18,088 nt of DNA from Azolla caroliniana. Taxonomy: Eukaryota; Plantae; Polypodiophyta. A program made the position numbers and the translations under genes. Location of the stretch: contig JBHGNT010000667.1 of NCBI GenBank assembly GCA_043228905.1, positions 1 to 18,088 on the forward strand. The letters run 5' to 3'. The stretch's first letter is position 1; every line of letters begins with the position of its first letter. Of this stretch, positions 1 to 15,594 are shown piece by piece. A model generated the notes under the pieces. That model was not told where the DNA came from. It did no database searches and saw only the letters and a program-made list of their open reading frames with translations.

Positions 1-2764
1 CTAACCAAACCTAACCAAACCTAACCAAACCTAACCAAACCTAACCAAACCTAACCAAACCTAACCAAACCTAACCAAACCTAACCAAACCTAACCAAAC
101 CTAACCAAACCTAACCAAACCTAACCAAACCTAACCAAACCTAACCAAACCTAACCAAACCTAACCAAACCTAACCAAACCTAACCAAACCTAACCAAAC
201 CTAACCAAACCTAACCAAACCTAACCAAACCTAACCAAACCTAACCAAACCTAACCAAACCTAACCAAACCTAACCAAACCTAACCAAACCTAACCAAAC
301 CTAACCAAACCTAACCAAACCTAACCAAACCTAACCAAACCTAACCAAACCTAACCAAACCTAACCAAACCTAACCAAACCTAACCAAACCTAACCAAAC
401 CTAACCAAACCTAACCAAACCTAACCAAACCTAACCAAACCTAACCAAACCTAACCAAACCTAACCAAACCTAACCAAACCTAACCAAACCTAACCAAAC
501 CTAACCAAACCTAACCAAACCTAACCAAACCTAACCAAACCTAACCAAACCTAACCAAACCTAACCAAACCTAACCAAACCTAACCAAACCTAACCAAAC
601 CTAACCAAACCTAACCAAACCTAACCAAACCTAACCAAACCTAACCAAACCTAACCAAACCTAACCAAACCTAACCAAACCTAACCAAACCTAACCAAAC
701 CTAACCAAACCTAACCAAACCTAACCAAACCTAACCAAACCTAACCAAACCTAACCAAACCTAACCAAACCTAACCAAACCTAACCAAACCTAACCAAAC
801 CTAACCAAACCTAACCAAACCTAACCAAACCTAACCAAACCTAACCAAACCTAACCAAACCTAACCAAACCTAACCAAACCTAACCAAACCTAACCAAAC
901 CTAACCAAACCTAACCAAACCTAACCAAACCTAACCAAACCTAACCAAACCTAACCAAACCTAACCAAACCTAACCAAACCTAACCAAACCTAACCAAAC
1001 CTAACCAAACCTAACCAAACCTAACCAAACCTAACCAAACCTAACCAAACCTAACCAAACCTAACCAAACCTAACCAAACCTAACCAAACCTAACCAAAC
1101 CTAACCAAACCTAACCAAACCTAACCAAACCTAACCAAACCTAACCAAACCTAACCAAACCTAACCAAACCTAACCAAACCTAACCAAACCTAACCAAAC
1201 CTAACCAAACCTAACCAAACCTAACCAAACCTAACCAAACCTAACCAAACCTAACCAAACCTAACCAAACCTAACCAAACCTAACCAAACCTAACCAAAC
1301 CTAACCAAACCTAACCAAACCTAACCAAACCTAACCAAACCTAACCAAACCTAACCAAACCTAACCAAACCTAACCAAACCTAACCAAACCTAACCAAAC
1401 CTAACCAAACCTAACCAAACCTAACCAAACCTAACCAAACCTAACCAAACCTAACCAAACCTAACCAAACCTAACCAAACCTAACCAAACCTAACCAAAC
1501 CTAACCAAACCTAACCAAACCTAACCAAACCTAACCAAACCTAACCAAACCTAACCAAACCTAACCAAACCTAACCAAACCTAACCAAACCTAACCAAAC
1601 CTAACCAAACCTAACCAAACCTAACCAAACCTAACCAAACCTAACCAAACCTAACCAAACCTAACCAAACCTAACCAAACCTAACCAAACCTAACCAAAC
1701 CTAACCAAACCTAACCAAACCTAACCAAACCTAACCAAACCTAACCAAACCTAACCAAACCTAACCAAACCTAACCAAACCTAACCAAACCTAACCAAAC
1801 CTAACCAAACCTAACCAAACCTAACCAAACCTAACCAAACCTAACCAAACCTAACCAAACCTAACCAAACCTAACCAAACCTAACCAAACCTAACCAAAC
1901 CTAACCAAACCTAACCAAACCTAACCAAACCTAACCAAACCTAACCAAACCTAACCAAACCTAACCAAACCTAACCAAACCTAACCAAACCTAACCAAAC
2001 CTAACCAAACCTAACCAAACCTAACCAAACCTAACCAAACCTAACCAAACCTAACCAAACCTAACCAAACCTAACCAAACCTAACCAAACCTAACCAAAC
2101 CTAACCAAACCTAACCAAACCTAACCAAACCTAACCAAACCTAACCAAACCTAACCAAACCTAACCAAACCTAACCAAACCTAACCAAACCTAACCAAAC
2201 CTAACCAAACCTAACCAAACCTAACCAAACCTAACCAAACCTAACCAAACCTAACCAAACCTAACCAAACCTAACCAAACCTAACCAAACCTAACCAAAC
2301 CTAACCAAACCTAACCAAACCTAACCAAACCTAACCAAACCTAACCAAACCTAACCAAACCTAACCAAACCTAACCAAACCTAACCAAACCTAACCAAAC
2401 CTAACCAAACCTAACCAAACCTAACCAAACCTAACCAAACCTAACCAAACCTAACCAAACCTAACCAAACCTAACCAAACCTAACCAAACCTAACCAAAC
2501 CTAACCAAACCTAACCAAACCTAACCAAACCTAACCAAACCTAACCAAACCTAACCAAACCTAACCAAACCTAACCAAACCTAACCAAACCTAACCAAAC
2601 CTAACCAAACCTAACCAAACCTAACCAAACCTAACCAAACCTAACCAAACCTAACCAAACCTAACCAAACCTAACCAAACCTAACCAAACCTAACCAAAC
2701 CTAACCAAACCTAACCAAACCTAACCAAACCTAACCAAACCTAACCAAACCTAACCAAACCTAA

Positions 2765-2774
2765 CCAAACCAAA
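2765..2774 (+). repeat. Variant 1: CCAAA-CCAAA doublet (extra TTTGG pentamer or skipped TTAGG; 5-bp phase shift)
   Basis: Line 2761 reads ctaa ccaaa ccaaa cctaa; block phase changes from ctaaccaaac to caaacctaac. Confidence 0.95.
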
Positions 2775-5339
2775 CCTAACCAAACCTAACCAAACCTAAC
2801 CAAACCTAACCAAACCTAACCAAACCTAACCAAACCTAACCAAACCTAACCAAACCTAACCAAACCTAACCAAACCTAACCAAACCTAACCAAACCTAAC
2901 CAAACCTAACCAAACCTAACCAAACCTAACCAAACCTAACCAAACCTAACCAAACCTAACCAAACCTAACCAAACCTAACCAAACCTAACCAAACCTAAC
3001 CAAACCTAACCAAACCTAACCAAACCTAACCAAACCTAACCAAACCTAACCAAACCTAACCAAACCTAACCAAACCTAACCAAACCTAACCAAACCTAAC
3101 CAAACCTAACCAAACCTAACCAAACCTAACCAAACCTAACCAAACCTAACCAAACCTAACCAAACCTAACCAAACCTAACCAAACCTAACCAAACCTAAC
3201 CAAACCTAACCAAACCTAACCAAACCTAACCAAACCTAACCAAACCTAACCAAACCTAACCAAACCTAACCAAACCTAACCAAACCTAACCAAACCTAAC
3301 CAAACCTAACCAAACCTAACCAAACCTAACCAAACCTAACCAAACCTAACCAAACCTAACCAAACCTAACCAAACCTAACCAAACCTAACCAAACCTAAC
3401 CAAACCTAACCAAACCTAACCAAACCTAACCAAACCTAACCAAACCTAACCAAACCTAACCAAACCTAACCAAACCTAACCAAACCTAACCAAACCTAAC
3501 CAAACCTAACCAAACCTAACCAAACCTAACCAAACCTAACCAAACCTAACCAAACCTAACCAAACCTAACCAAACCTAACCAAACCTAACCAAACCTAAC
3601 CAAACCTAACCAAACCTAACCAAACCTAACCAAACCTAACCAAACCTAACCAAACCTAACCAAACCTAACCAAACCTAACCAAACCTAACCAAACCTAAC
3701 CAAACCTAACCAAACCTAACCAAACCTAACCAAACCTAACCAAACCTAACCAAACCTAACCAAACCTAACCAAACCTAACCAAACCTAACCAAACCTAAC
3801 CAAACCTAACCAAACCTAACCAAACCTAACCAAACCTAACCAAACCTAACCAAACCTAACCAAACCTAACCAAACCTAACCAAACCTAACCAAACCTAAC
3901 CAAACCTAACCAAACCTAACCAAACCTAACCAAACCTAACCAAACCTAACCAAACCTAACCAAACCTAACCAAACCTAACCAAACCTAACCAAACCTAAC
4001 CAAACCTAACCAAACCTAACCAAACCTAACCAAACCTAACCAAACCTAACCAAACCTAACCAAACCTAACCAAACCTAACCAAACCTAACCAAACCTAAC
4101 CAAACCTAACCAAACCTAACCAAACCTAACCAAACCTAACCAAACCTAACCAAACCTAACCAAACCTAACCAAACCTAACCAAACCTAACCAAACCTAAC
4201 CAAACCTAACCAAACCTAACCAAACCTAACCAAACCTAACCAAACCTAACCAAACCTAACCAAACCTAACCAAACCTAACCAAACCTAACCAAACCTAAC
4301 CAAACCTAACCAAACCTAACCAAACCTAACCAAACCTAACCAAACCTAACCAAACCTAACCAAACCTAACCAAACCTAACCAAACCTAACCAAACCTAAC
4401 CAAACCTAACCAAACCTAACCAAACCTAACCAAACCTAACCAAACCTAACCAAACCTAACCAAACCTAACCAAACCTAACCAAACCTAACCAAACCTAAC
4501 CAAACCTAACCAAACCTAACCAAACCTAACCAAACCTAACCAAACCTAACCAAACCTAACCAAACCTAACCAAACCTAACCAAACCTAACCAAACCTAAC
4601 CAAACCTAACCAAACCTAACCAAACCTAACCAAACCTAACCAAACCTAACCAAACCTAACCAAACCTAACCAAACCTAACCAAACCTAACCAAACCTAAC
4701 CAAACCTAACCAAACCTAACCAAACCTAACCAAACCTAACCAAACCTAACCAAACCTAACCAAACCTAACCAAACCTAACCAAACCTAACCAAACCTAAC
4801 CAAACCTAACCAAACCTAACCAAACCTAACCAAACCTAACCAAACCTAACCAAACCTAACCAAACCTAACCAAACCTAACCAAACCTAACCAAACCTAAC
4901 CAAACCTAACCAAACCTAACCAAACCTAACCAAACCTAACCAAACCTAACCAAACCTAACCAAACCTAACCAAACCTAACCAAACCTAACCAAACCTAAC
5001 CAAACCTAACCAAACCTAACCAAACCTAACCAAACCTAACCAAACCTAACCAAACCTAACCAAACCTAACCAAACCTAACCAAACCTAACCAAACCTAAC
5101 CAAACCTAACCAAACCTAACCAAACCTAACCAAACCTAACCAAACCTAACCAAACCTAACCAAACCTAACCAAACCTAACCAAACCTAACCAAACCTAAC
5201 CAAACCTAACCAAACCTAACCAAACCTAACCAAACCTAACCAAACCTAACCAAACCTAACCAAACCTAACCAAACCTAACCAAACCTAACCAAACCTAAC
5301 CAAACCTAACCAAACCTAACCAAACCTAACCAAACCTAA

Positions 5340-5345
5340 CCAACA
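5340..5345 (+). repeat. Variant 2: CCAACA (1-bp C insertion in CCAAA; TGTTGG on - strand)
   Basis: Line 5341 begins caacacctaa; the phase shifts by +1. Confidence 0.95.
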
Positions 5346-5820
5346 CCTAACCAAACCTAACCAAACCTAACCAAACCTAACCAAACCTAACCAAACCTAA
5401 CCAAACCTAACCAAACCTAACCAAACCTAACCAAACCTAACCAAACCTAACCAAACCTAACCAAACCTAACCAAACCTAACCAAACCTAACCAAACCTAA
5501 CCAAACCTAACCAAACCTAACCAAACCTAACCAAACCTAACCAAACCTAACCAAACCTAACCAAACCTAACCAAACCTAACCAAACCTAACCAAACCTAA
5601 CCAAACCTAACCAAACCTAACCAAACCTAACCAAACCTAACCAAACCTAACCAAACCTAACCAAACCTAACCAAACCTAACCAAACCTAACCAAACCTAA
5701 CCAAACCTAACCAAACCTAACCAAACCTAACCAAACCTAACCAAACCTAACCAAACCTAACCAAACCTAACCAAACCTAACCAAACCTAACCAAACCTAA
5801 CCAAACCTAACCAAACCTAA

Positions 5821-5830
5821 CCAAACCAAA
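5821..5830 (+). repeat. Variant 3: second CCAAA-CCAAA doublet (5-bp phase shift)
   Basis: Line 5821 begins ccaaaccaaa cctaaccaaa. Confidence 0.95.
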
Positions 5831-6395
5831 CCTAACCAAACCTAACCAAACCTAACCAAACCTAACCAAACCTAACCAAACCTAACCAAACCTAACCAAA
5901 CCTAACCAAACCTAACCAAACCTAACCAAACCTAACCAAACCTAACCAAACCTAACCAAACCTAACCAAACCTAACCAAACCTAACCAAACCTAACCAAA
6001 CCTAACCAAACCTAACCAAACCTAACCAAACCTAACCAAACCTAACCAAACCTAACCAAACCTAACCAAACCTAACCAAACCTAACCAAACCTAACCAAA
6101 CCTAACCAAACCTAACCAAACCTAACCAAACCTAACCAAACCTAACCAAACCTAACCAAACCTAACCAAACCTAACCAAACCTAACCAAACCTAACCAAA
6201 CCTAACCAAACCTAACCAAACCTAACCAAACCTAACCAAACCTAACCAAACCTAACCAAACCTAACCAAACCTAACCAAACCTAACCAAACCTAACCAAA
6301 CCTAACCAAACCTAACCAAACCTAACCAAACCTAACCAAACCTAACCAAACCTAACCAAACCTAACCAAACCTAACCAAACCTAACCAAACCTAA

Positions 6396-6402
6396 CCACA
6401 AA
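6396..6402 (+). repeat. Variant 4: CCACAAA (2-bp CA duplication; TTTGTGG on - strand)
   Basis: Blocks 6391-6410 read cctaaccaca aacctaacca; the phase shifts by +2. Confidence 0.95.
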
Positions 6403-6922
6403 CCTAACCAAACCTAACCAAACCTAACCAAACCTAACCAAACCTAACCAAACCTAACCAAACCTAACCAAACCTAACCAAACCTAACCAAACCTAACCA
6501 AACCTAACCAAACCTAACCAAACCTAACCAAACCTAACCAAACCTAACCAAACCTAACCAAACCTAACCAAACCTAACCAAACCTAACCAAACCTAACCA
6601 AACCTAACCAAACCTAACCAAACCTAACCAAACCTAACCAAACCTAACCAAACCTAACCAAACCTAACCAAACCTAACCAAACCTAACCAAACCTAACCA
6701 AACCTAACCAAACCTAACCAAACCTAACCAAACCTAACCAAACCTAACCAAACCTAACCAAACCTAACCAAACCTAACCAAACCTAACCAAACCTAACCA
6801 AACCTAACCAAACCTAACCAAACCTAACCAAACCTAACCAAACCTAACCAAACCTAACCAAACCTAACCAAACCTAACCAAACCTAACCAAACCTAACCA
6901 AACCTAACCAAACCTAACCAAA

Positions 6923-6935
6923 CCTAACAACCAAA
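6923..6935 (+). repeat. Variant 5: CCTAA-CAA-CCAAA (3-bp AAC/CAA duplication; TTTGG-TTG-TTAGG on - strand)
   Basis: Blocks 6921-6940 read aacctaacaa ccaaacctaa; the phase shifts by +3. Confidence 0.95.
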
Positions 6936-9900
6936 CCTAACCAAACCTAACCAAACCTAACCAAACCTAACCAAACCTAACCAAACCTAACCAAACCTAA
7001 CCAAACCTAACCAAACCTAACCAAACCTAACCAAACCTAACCAAACCTAACCAAACCTAACCAAACCTAACCAAACCTAACCAAACCTAACCAAACCTAA
7101 CCAAACCTAACCAAACCTAACCAAACCTAACCAAACCTAACCAAACCTAACCAAACCTAACCAAACCTAACCAAACCTAACCAAACCTAACCAAACCTAA
7201 CCAAACCTAACCAAACCTAACCAAACCTAACCAAACCTAACCAAACCTAACCAAACCTAACCAAACCTAACCAAACCTAACCAAACCTAACCAAACCTAA
7301 CCAAACCTAACCAAACCTAACCAAACCTAACCAAACCTAACCAAACCTAACCAAACCTAACCAAACCTAACCAAACCTAACCAAACCTAACCAAACCTAA
7401 CCAAACCTAACCAAACCTAACCAAACCTAACCAAACCTAACCAAACCTAACCAAACCTAACCAAACCTAACCAAACCTAACCAAACCTAACCAAACCTAA
7501 CCAAACCTAACCAAACCTAACCAAACCTAACCAAACCTAACCAAACCTAACCAAACCTAACCAAACCTAACCAAACCTAACCAAACCTAACCAAACCTAA
7601 CCAAACCTAACCAAACCTAACCAAACCTAACCAAACCTAACCAAACCTAACCAAACCTAACCAAACCTAACCAAACCTAACCAAACCTAACCAAACCTAA
7701 CCAAACCTAACCAAACCTAACCAAACCTAACCAAACCTAACCAAACCTAACCAAACCTAACCAAACCTAACCAAACCTAACCAAACCTAACCAAACCTAA
7801 CCAAACCTAACCAAACCTAACCAAACCTAACCAAACCTAACCAAACCTAACCAAACCTAACCAAACCTAACCAAACCTAACCAAACCTAACCAAACCTAA
7901 CCAAACCTAACCAAACCTAACCAAACCTAACCAAACCTAACCAAACCTAACCAAACCTAACCAAACCTAACCAAACCTAACCAAACCTAACCAAACCTAA
8001 CCAAACCTAACCAAACCTAACCAAACCTAACCAAACCTAACCAAACCTAACCAAACCTAACCAAACCTAACCAAACCTAACCAAACCTAACCAAACCTAA
8101 CCAAACCTAACCAAACCTAACCAAACCTAACCAAACCTAACCAAACCTAACCAAACCTAACCAAACCTAACCAAACCTAACCAAACCTAACCAAACCTAA
8201 CCAAACCTAACCAAACCTAACCAAACCTAACCAAACCTAACCAAACCTAACCAAACCTAACCAAACCTAACCAAACCTAACCAAACCTAACCAAACCTAA
8301 CCAAACCTAACCAAACCTAACCAAACCTAACCAAACCTAACCAAACCTAACCAAACCTAACCAAACCTAACCAAACCTAACCAAACCTAACCAAACCTAA
8401 CCAAACCTAACCAAACCTAACCAAACCTAACCAAACCTAACCAAACCTAACCAAACCTAACCAAACCTAACCAAACCTAACCAAACCTAACCAAACCTAA
8501 CCAAACCTAACCAAACCTAACCAAACCTAACCAAACCTAACCAAACCTAACCAAACCTAACCAAACCTAACCAAACCTAACCAAACCTAACCAAACCTAA
8601 CCAAACCTAACCAAACCTAACCAAACCTAACCAAACCTAACCAAACCTAACCAAACCTAACCAAACCTAACCAAACCTAACCAAACCTAACCAAACCTAA
8701 CCAAACCTAACCAAACCTAACCAAACCTAACCAAACCTAACCAAACCTAACCAAACCTAACCAAACCTAACCAAACCTAACCAAACCTAACCAAACCTAA
8801 CCAAACCTAACCAAACCTAACCAAACCTAACCAAACCTAACCAAACCTAACCAAACCTAACCAAACCTAACCAAACCTAACCAAACCTAACCAAACCTAA
8901 CCAAACCTAACCAAACCTAACCAAACCTAACCAAACCTAACCAAACCTAACCAAACCTAACCAAACCTAACCAAACCTAACCAAACCTAACCAAACCTAA
9001 CCAAACCTAACCAAACCTAACCAAACCTAACCAAACCTAACCAAACCTAACCAAACCTAACCAAACCTAACCAAACCTAACCAAACCTAACCAAACCTAA
9101 CCAAACCTAACCAAACCTAACCAAACCTAACCAAACCTAACCAAACCTAACCAAACCTAACCAAACCTAACCAAACCTAACCAAACCTAACCAAACCTAA
9201 CCAAACCTAACCAAACCTAACCAAACCTAACCAAACCTAACCAAACCTAACCAAACCTAACCAAACCTAACCAAACCTAACCAAACCTAACCAAACCTAA
9301 CCAAACCTAACCAAACCTAACCAAACCTAACCAAACCTAACCAAACCTAACCAAACCTAACCAAACCTAACCAAACCTAACCAAACCTAACCAAACCTAA
9401 CCAAACCTAACCAAACCTAACCAAACCTAACCAAACCTAACCAAACCTAACCAAACCTAACCAAACCTAACCAAACCTAACCAAACCTAACCAAACCTAA
9501 CCAAACCTAACCAAACCTAACCAAACCTAACCAAACCTAACCAAACCTAACCAAACCTAACCAAACCTAACCAAACCTAACCAAACCTAACCAAACCTAA
9601 CCAAACCTAACCAAACCTAACCAAACCTAACCAAACCTAACCAAACCTAACCAAACCTAACCAAACCTAACCAAACCTAACCAAACCTAACCAAACCTAA
9701 CCAAACCTAACCAAACCTAACCAAACCTAACCAAACCTAACCAAACCTAACCAAACCTAACCAAACCTAACCAAACCTAACCAAACCTAACCAAACCTAA
9801 CCAAACCTAACCAAACCTAACCAAACCTAACCAAACCTAACCAAACCTAACCAAACCTAACCAAACCTAACCAAACCTAACCAAACCTAACCAAACCTAA

Positions 9901-11210
9901 CCAAACCTAACCAAACCTAACCAAACCTAACCAAACCTAACCAAACCTAACCAAACCTAACCAAACCTAACCAAACCTAACCAAACCTAACCAAACCTAA
10001 CCAAACCTAACCAAACCTAACCAAACCTAACCAAACCTAACCAAACCTAACCAAACCTAACCAAACCTAACCAAACCTAACCAAACCTAACCAAACCTAA
10101 CCAAACCTAACCAAACCTAACCAAACCTAACCAAACCTAACCAAACCTAACCAAACCTAACCAAACCTAACCAAACCTAACCAAACCTAACCAAACCTAA
10201 CCAAACCTAACCAAACCTAACCAAACCTAACCAAACCTAACCAAACCTAACCAAACCTAACCAAACCTAACCAAACCTAACCAAACCTAACCAAACCTAA
10301 CCAAACCTAACCAAACCTAACCAAACCTAACCAAACCTAACCAAACCTAACCAAACCTAACCAAACCTAACCAAACCTAACCAAACCTAACCAAACCTAA
10401 CCAAACCTAACCAAACCTAACCAAACCTAACCAAACCTAACCAAACCTAACCAAACCTAACCAAACCTAACCAAACCTAACCAAACCTAACCAAACCTAA
10501 CCAAACCTAACCAAACCTAACCAAACCTAACCAAACCTAACCAAACCTAACCAAACCTAACCAAACCTAACCAAACCTAACCAAACCTAACCAAACCTAA
10601 CCAAACCTAACCAAACCTAACCAAACCTAACCAAACCTAACCAAACCTAACCAAACCTAACCAAACCTAACCAAACCTAACCAAACCTAACCAAACCTAA
10701 CCAAACCTAACCAAACCTAACCAAACCTAACCAAACCTAACCAAACCTAACCAAACCTAACCAAACCTAACCAAACCTAACCAAACCTAACCAAACCTAA
10801 CCAAACCTAACCAAACCTAACCAAACCTAACCAAACCTAACCAAACCTAACCAAACCTAACCAAACCTAACCAAACCTAACCAAACCTAACCAAACCTAA
10901 CCAAACCTAACCAAACCTAACCAAACCTAACCAAACCTAACCAAACCTAACCAAACCTAACCAAACCTAACCAAACCTAACCAAACCTAACCAAACCTAA
11001 CCAAACCTAACCAAACCTAACCAAACCTAACCAAACCTAACCAAACCTAACCAAACCTAACCAAACCTAACCAAACCTAACCAAACCTAACCAAACCTAA
11101 CCAAACCTAACCAAACCTAACCAAACCTAACCAAACCTAACCAAACCTAACCAAACCTAACCAAACCTAACCAAACCTAACCAAACCTAACCAAACCTAA
11201 CCAAACCTAA

Positions 11211-11224
11211 CCAAACCAACCAAA
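11211..11224 (+). repeat. Variant 6: CCAAA-CCAA-CCAAA (loss of T from CCTAA; TTTGG-TTGG-TTTGG on - strand)
   Basis: Blocks 11211-11230 read ccaaaccaac caaacctaac; the phase shifts by -1. Confidence 0.95.
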
Positions 11225-14200
11225 CCTAACCAAACCTAACCAAACCTAACCAAACCTAACCAAACCTAACCAAACCTAACCAAACCTAACCAAACCTAAC
11301 CAAACCTAACCAAACCTAACCAAACCTAACCAAACCTAACCAAACCTAACCAAACCTAACCAAACCTAACCAAACCTAACCAAACCTAACCAAACCTAAC
11401 CAAACCTAACCAAACCTAACCAAACCTAACCAAACCTAACCAAACCTAACCAAACCTAACCAAACCTAACCAAACCTAACCAAACCTAACCAAACCTAAC
11501 CAAACCTAACCAAACCTAACCAAACCTAACCAAACCTAACCAAACCTAACCAAACCTAACCAAACCTAACCAAACCTAACCAAACCTAACCAAACCTAAC
11601 CAAACCTAACCAAACCTAACCAAACCTAACCAAACCTAACCAAACCTAACCAAACCTAACCAAACCTAACCAAACCTAACCAAACCTAACCAAACCTAAC
11701 CAAACCTAACCAAACCTAACCAAACCTAACCAAACCTAACCAAACCTAACCAAACCTAACCAAACCTAACCAAACCTAACCAAACCTAACCAAACCTAAC
11801 CAAACCTAACCAAACCTAACCAAACCTAACCAAACCTAACCAAACCTAACCAAACCTAACCAAACCTAACCAAACCTAACCAAACCTAACCAAACCTAAC
11901 CAAACCTAACCAAACCTAACCAAACCTAACCAAACCTAACCAAACCTAACCAAACCTAACCAAACCTAACCAAACCTAACCAAACCTAACCAAACCTAAC
12001 CAAACCTAACCAAACCTAACCAAACCTAACCAAACCTAACCAAACCTAACCAAACCTAACCAAACCTAACCAAACCTAACCAAACCTAACCAAACCTAAC
12101 CAAACCTAACCAAACCTAACCAAACCTAACCAAACCTAACCAAACCTAACCAAACCTAACCAAACCTAACCAAACCTAACCAAACCTAACCAAACCTAAC
12201 CAAACCTAACCAAACCTAACCAAACCTAACCAAACCTAACCAAACCTAACCAAACCTAACCAAACCTAACCAAACCTAACCAAACCTAACCAAACCTAAC
12301 CAAACCTAACCAAACCTAACCAAACCTAACCAAACCTAACCAAACCTAACCAAACCTAACCAAACCTAACCAAACCTAACCAAACCTAACCAAACCTAAC
12401 CAAACCTAACCAAACCTAACCAAACCTAACCAAACCTAACCAAACCTAACCAAACCTAACCAAACCTAACCAAACCTAACCAAACCTAACCAAACCTAAC
12501 CAAACCTAACCAAACCTAACCAAACCTAACCAAACCTAACCAAACCTAACCAAACCTAACCAAACCTAACCAAACCTAACCAAACCTAACCAAACCTAAC
12601 CAAACCTAACCAAACCTAACCAAACCTAACCAAACCTAACCAAACCTAACCAAACCTAACCAAACCTAACCAAACCTAACCAAACCTAACCAAACCTAAC
12701 CAAACCTAACCAAACCTAACCAAACCTAACCAAACCTAACCAAACCTAACCAAACCTAACCAAACCTAACCAAACCTAACCAAACCTAACCAAACCTAAC
12801 CAAACCTAACCAAACCTAACCAAACCTAACCAAACCTAACCAAACCTAACCAAACCTAACCAAACCTAACCAAACCTAACCAAACCTAACCAAACCTAAC
12901 CAAACCTAACCAAACCTAACCAAACCTAACCAAACCTAACCAAACCTAACCAAACCTAACCAAACCTAACCAAACCTAACCAAACCTAACCAAACCTAAC
13001 CAAACCTAACCAAACCTAACCAAACCTAACCAAACCTAACCAAACCTAACCAAACCTAACCAAACCTAACCAAACCTAACCAAACCTAACCAAACCTAAC
13101 CAAACCTAACCAAACCTAACCAAACCTAACCAAACCTAACCAAACCTAACCAAACCTAACCAAACCTAACCAAACCTAACCAAACCTAACCAAACCTAAC
13201 CAAACCTAACCAAACCTAACCAAACCTAACCAAACCTAACCAAACCTAACCAAACCTAACCAAACCTAACCAAACCTAACCAAACCTAACCAAACCTAAC
13301 CAAACCTAACCAAACCTAACCAAACCTAACCAAACCTAACCAAACCTAACCAAACCTAACCAAACCTAACCAAACCTAACCAAACCTAACCAAACCTAAC
13401 CAAACCTAACCAAACCTAACCAAACCTAACCAAACCTAACCAAACCTAACCAAACCTAACCAAACCTAACCAAACCTAACCAAACCTAACCAAACCTAAC
13501 CAAACCTAACCAAACCTAACCAAACCTAACCAAACCTAACCAAACCTAACCAAACCTAACCAAACCTAACCAAACCTAACCAAACCTAACCAAACCTAAC
13601 CAAACCTAACCAAACCTAACCAAACCTAACCAAACCTAACCAAACCTAACCAAACCTAACCAAACCTAACCAAACCTAACCAAACCTAACCAAACCTAAC
13701 CAAACCTAACCAAACCTAACCAAACCTAACCAAACCTAACCAAACCTAACCAAACCTAACCAAACCTAACCAAACCTAACCAAACCTAACCAAACCTAAC
13801 CAAACCTAACCAAACCTAACCAAACCTAACCAAACCTAACCAAACCTAACCAAACCTAACCAAACCTAACCAAACCTAACCAAACCTAACCAAACCTAAC
13901 CAAACCTAACCAAACCTAACCAAACCTAACCAAACCTAACCAAACCTAACCAAACCTAACCAAACCTAACCAAACCTAACCAAACCTAACCAAACCTAAC
14001 CAAACCTAACCAAACCTAACCAAACCTAACCAAACCTAACCAAACCTAACCAAACCTAACCAAACCTAACCAAACCTAACCAAACCTAACCAAACCTAAC
14101 CAAACCTAACCAAACCTAACCAAACCTAACCAAACCTAACCAAACCTAACCAAACCTAACCAAACCTAACCAAACCTAACCAAACCTAACCAAACCTAAC

Positions 14201-15594
14201 CAAACCTAACCAAACCTAACCAAACCTAACCAAACCTAACCAAACCTAACCAAACCTAACCAAACCTAACCAAACCTAACCAAACCTAACCAAACCTAAC
14301 CAAACCTAACCAAACCTAACCAAACCTAACCAAACCTAACCAAACCTAACCAAACCTAACCAAACCTAACCAAACCTAACCAAACCTAACCAAACCTAAC
14401 CAAACCTAACCAAACCTAACCAAACCTAACCAAACCTAACCAAACCTAACCAAACCTAACCAAACCTAACCAAACCTAACCAAACCTAACCAAACCTAAC
14501 CAAACCTAACCAAACCTAACCAAACCTAACCAAACCTAACCAAACCTAACCAAACCTAACCAAACCTAACCAAACCTAACCAAACCTAACCAAACCTAAC
14601 CAAACCTAACCAAACCTAACCAAACCTAACCAAACCTAACCAAACCTAACCAAACCTAACCAAACCTAACCAAACCTAACCAAACCTAACCAAACCTAAC
14701 CAAACCTAACCAAACCTAACCAAACCTAACCAAACCTAACCAAACCTAACCAAACCTAACCAAACCTAACCAAACCTAACCAAACCTAACCAAACCTAAC
14801 CAAACCTAACCAAACCTAACCAAACCTAACCAAACCTAACCAAACCTAACCAAACCTAACCAAACCTAACCAAACCTAACCAAACCTAACCAAACCTAAC
14901 CAAACCTAACCAAACCTAACCAAACCTAACCAAACCTAACCAAACCTAACCAAACCTAACCAAACCTAACCAAACCTAACCAAACCTAACCAAACCTAAC
15001 CAAACCTAACCAAACCTAACCAAACCTAACCAAACCTAACCAAACCTAACCAAACCTAACCAAACCTAACCAAACCTAACCAAACCTAACCAAACCTAAC
15101 CAAACCTAACCAAACCTAACCAAACCTAACCAAACCTAACCAAACCTAACCAAACCTAACCAAACCTAACCAAACCTAACCAAACCTAACCAAACCTAAC
15201 CAAACCTAACCAAACCTAACCAAACCTAACCAAACCTAACCAAACCTAACCAAACCTAACCAAACCTAACCAAACCTAACCAAACCTAACCAAACCTAAC
15301 CAAACCTAACCAAACCTAACCAAACCTAACCAAACCTAACCAAACCTAACCAAACCTAACCAAACCTAACCAAACCTAACCAAACCTAACCAAACCTAAC
15401 CAAACCTAACCAAACCTAACCAAACCTAACCAAACCTAACCAAACCTAACCAAACCTAACCAAACCTAACCAAACCTAACCAAACCTAACCAAACCTAAC
15501 CAAACCTAACCAAACCTAACCAAACCTAACCAAACCTAACCAAACCTAACCAAACCTAACCAAACCTAACCAAACCTAACCAAACCTAACCAAA

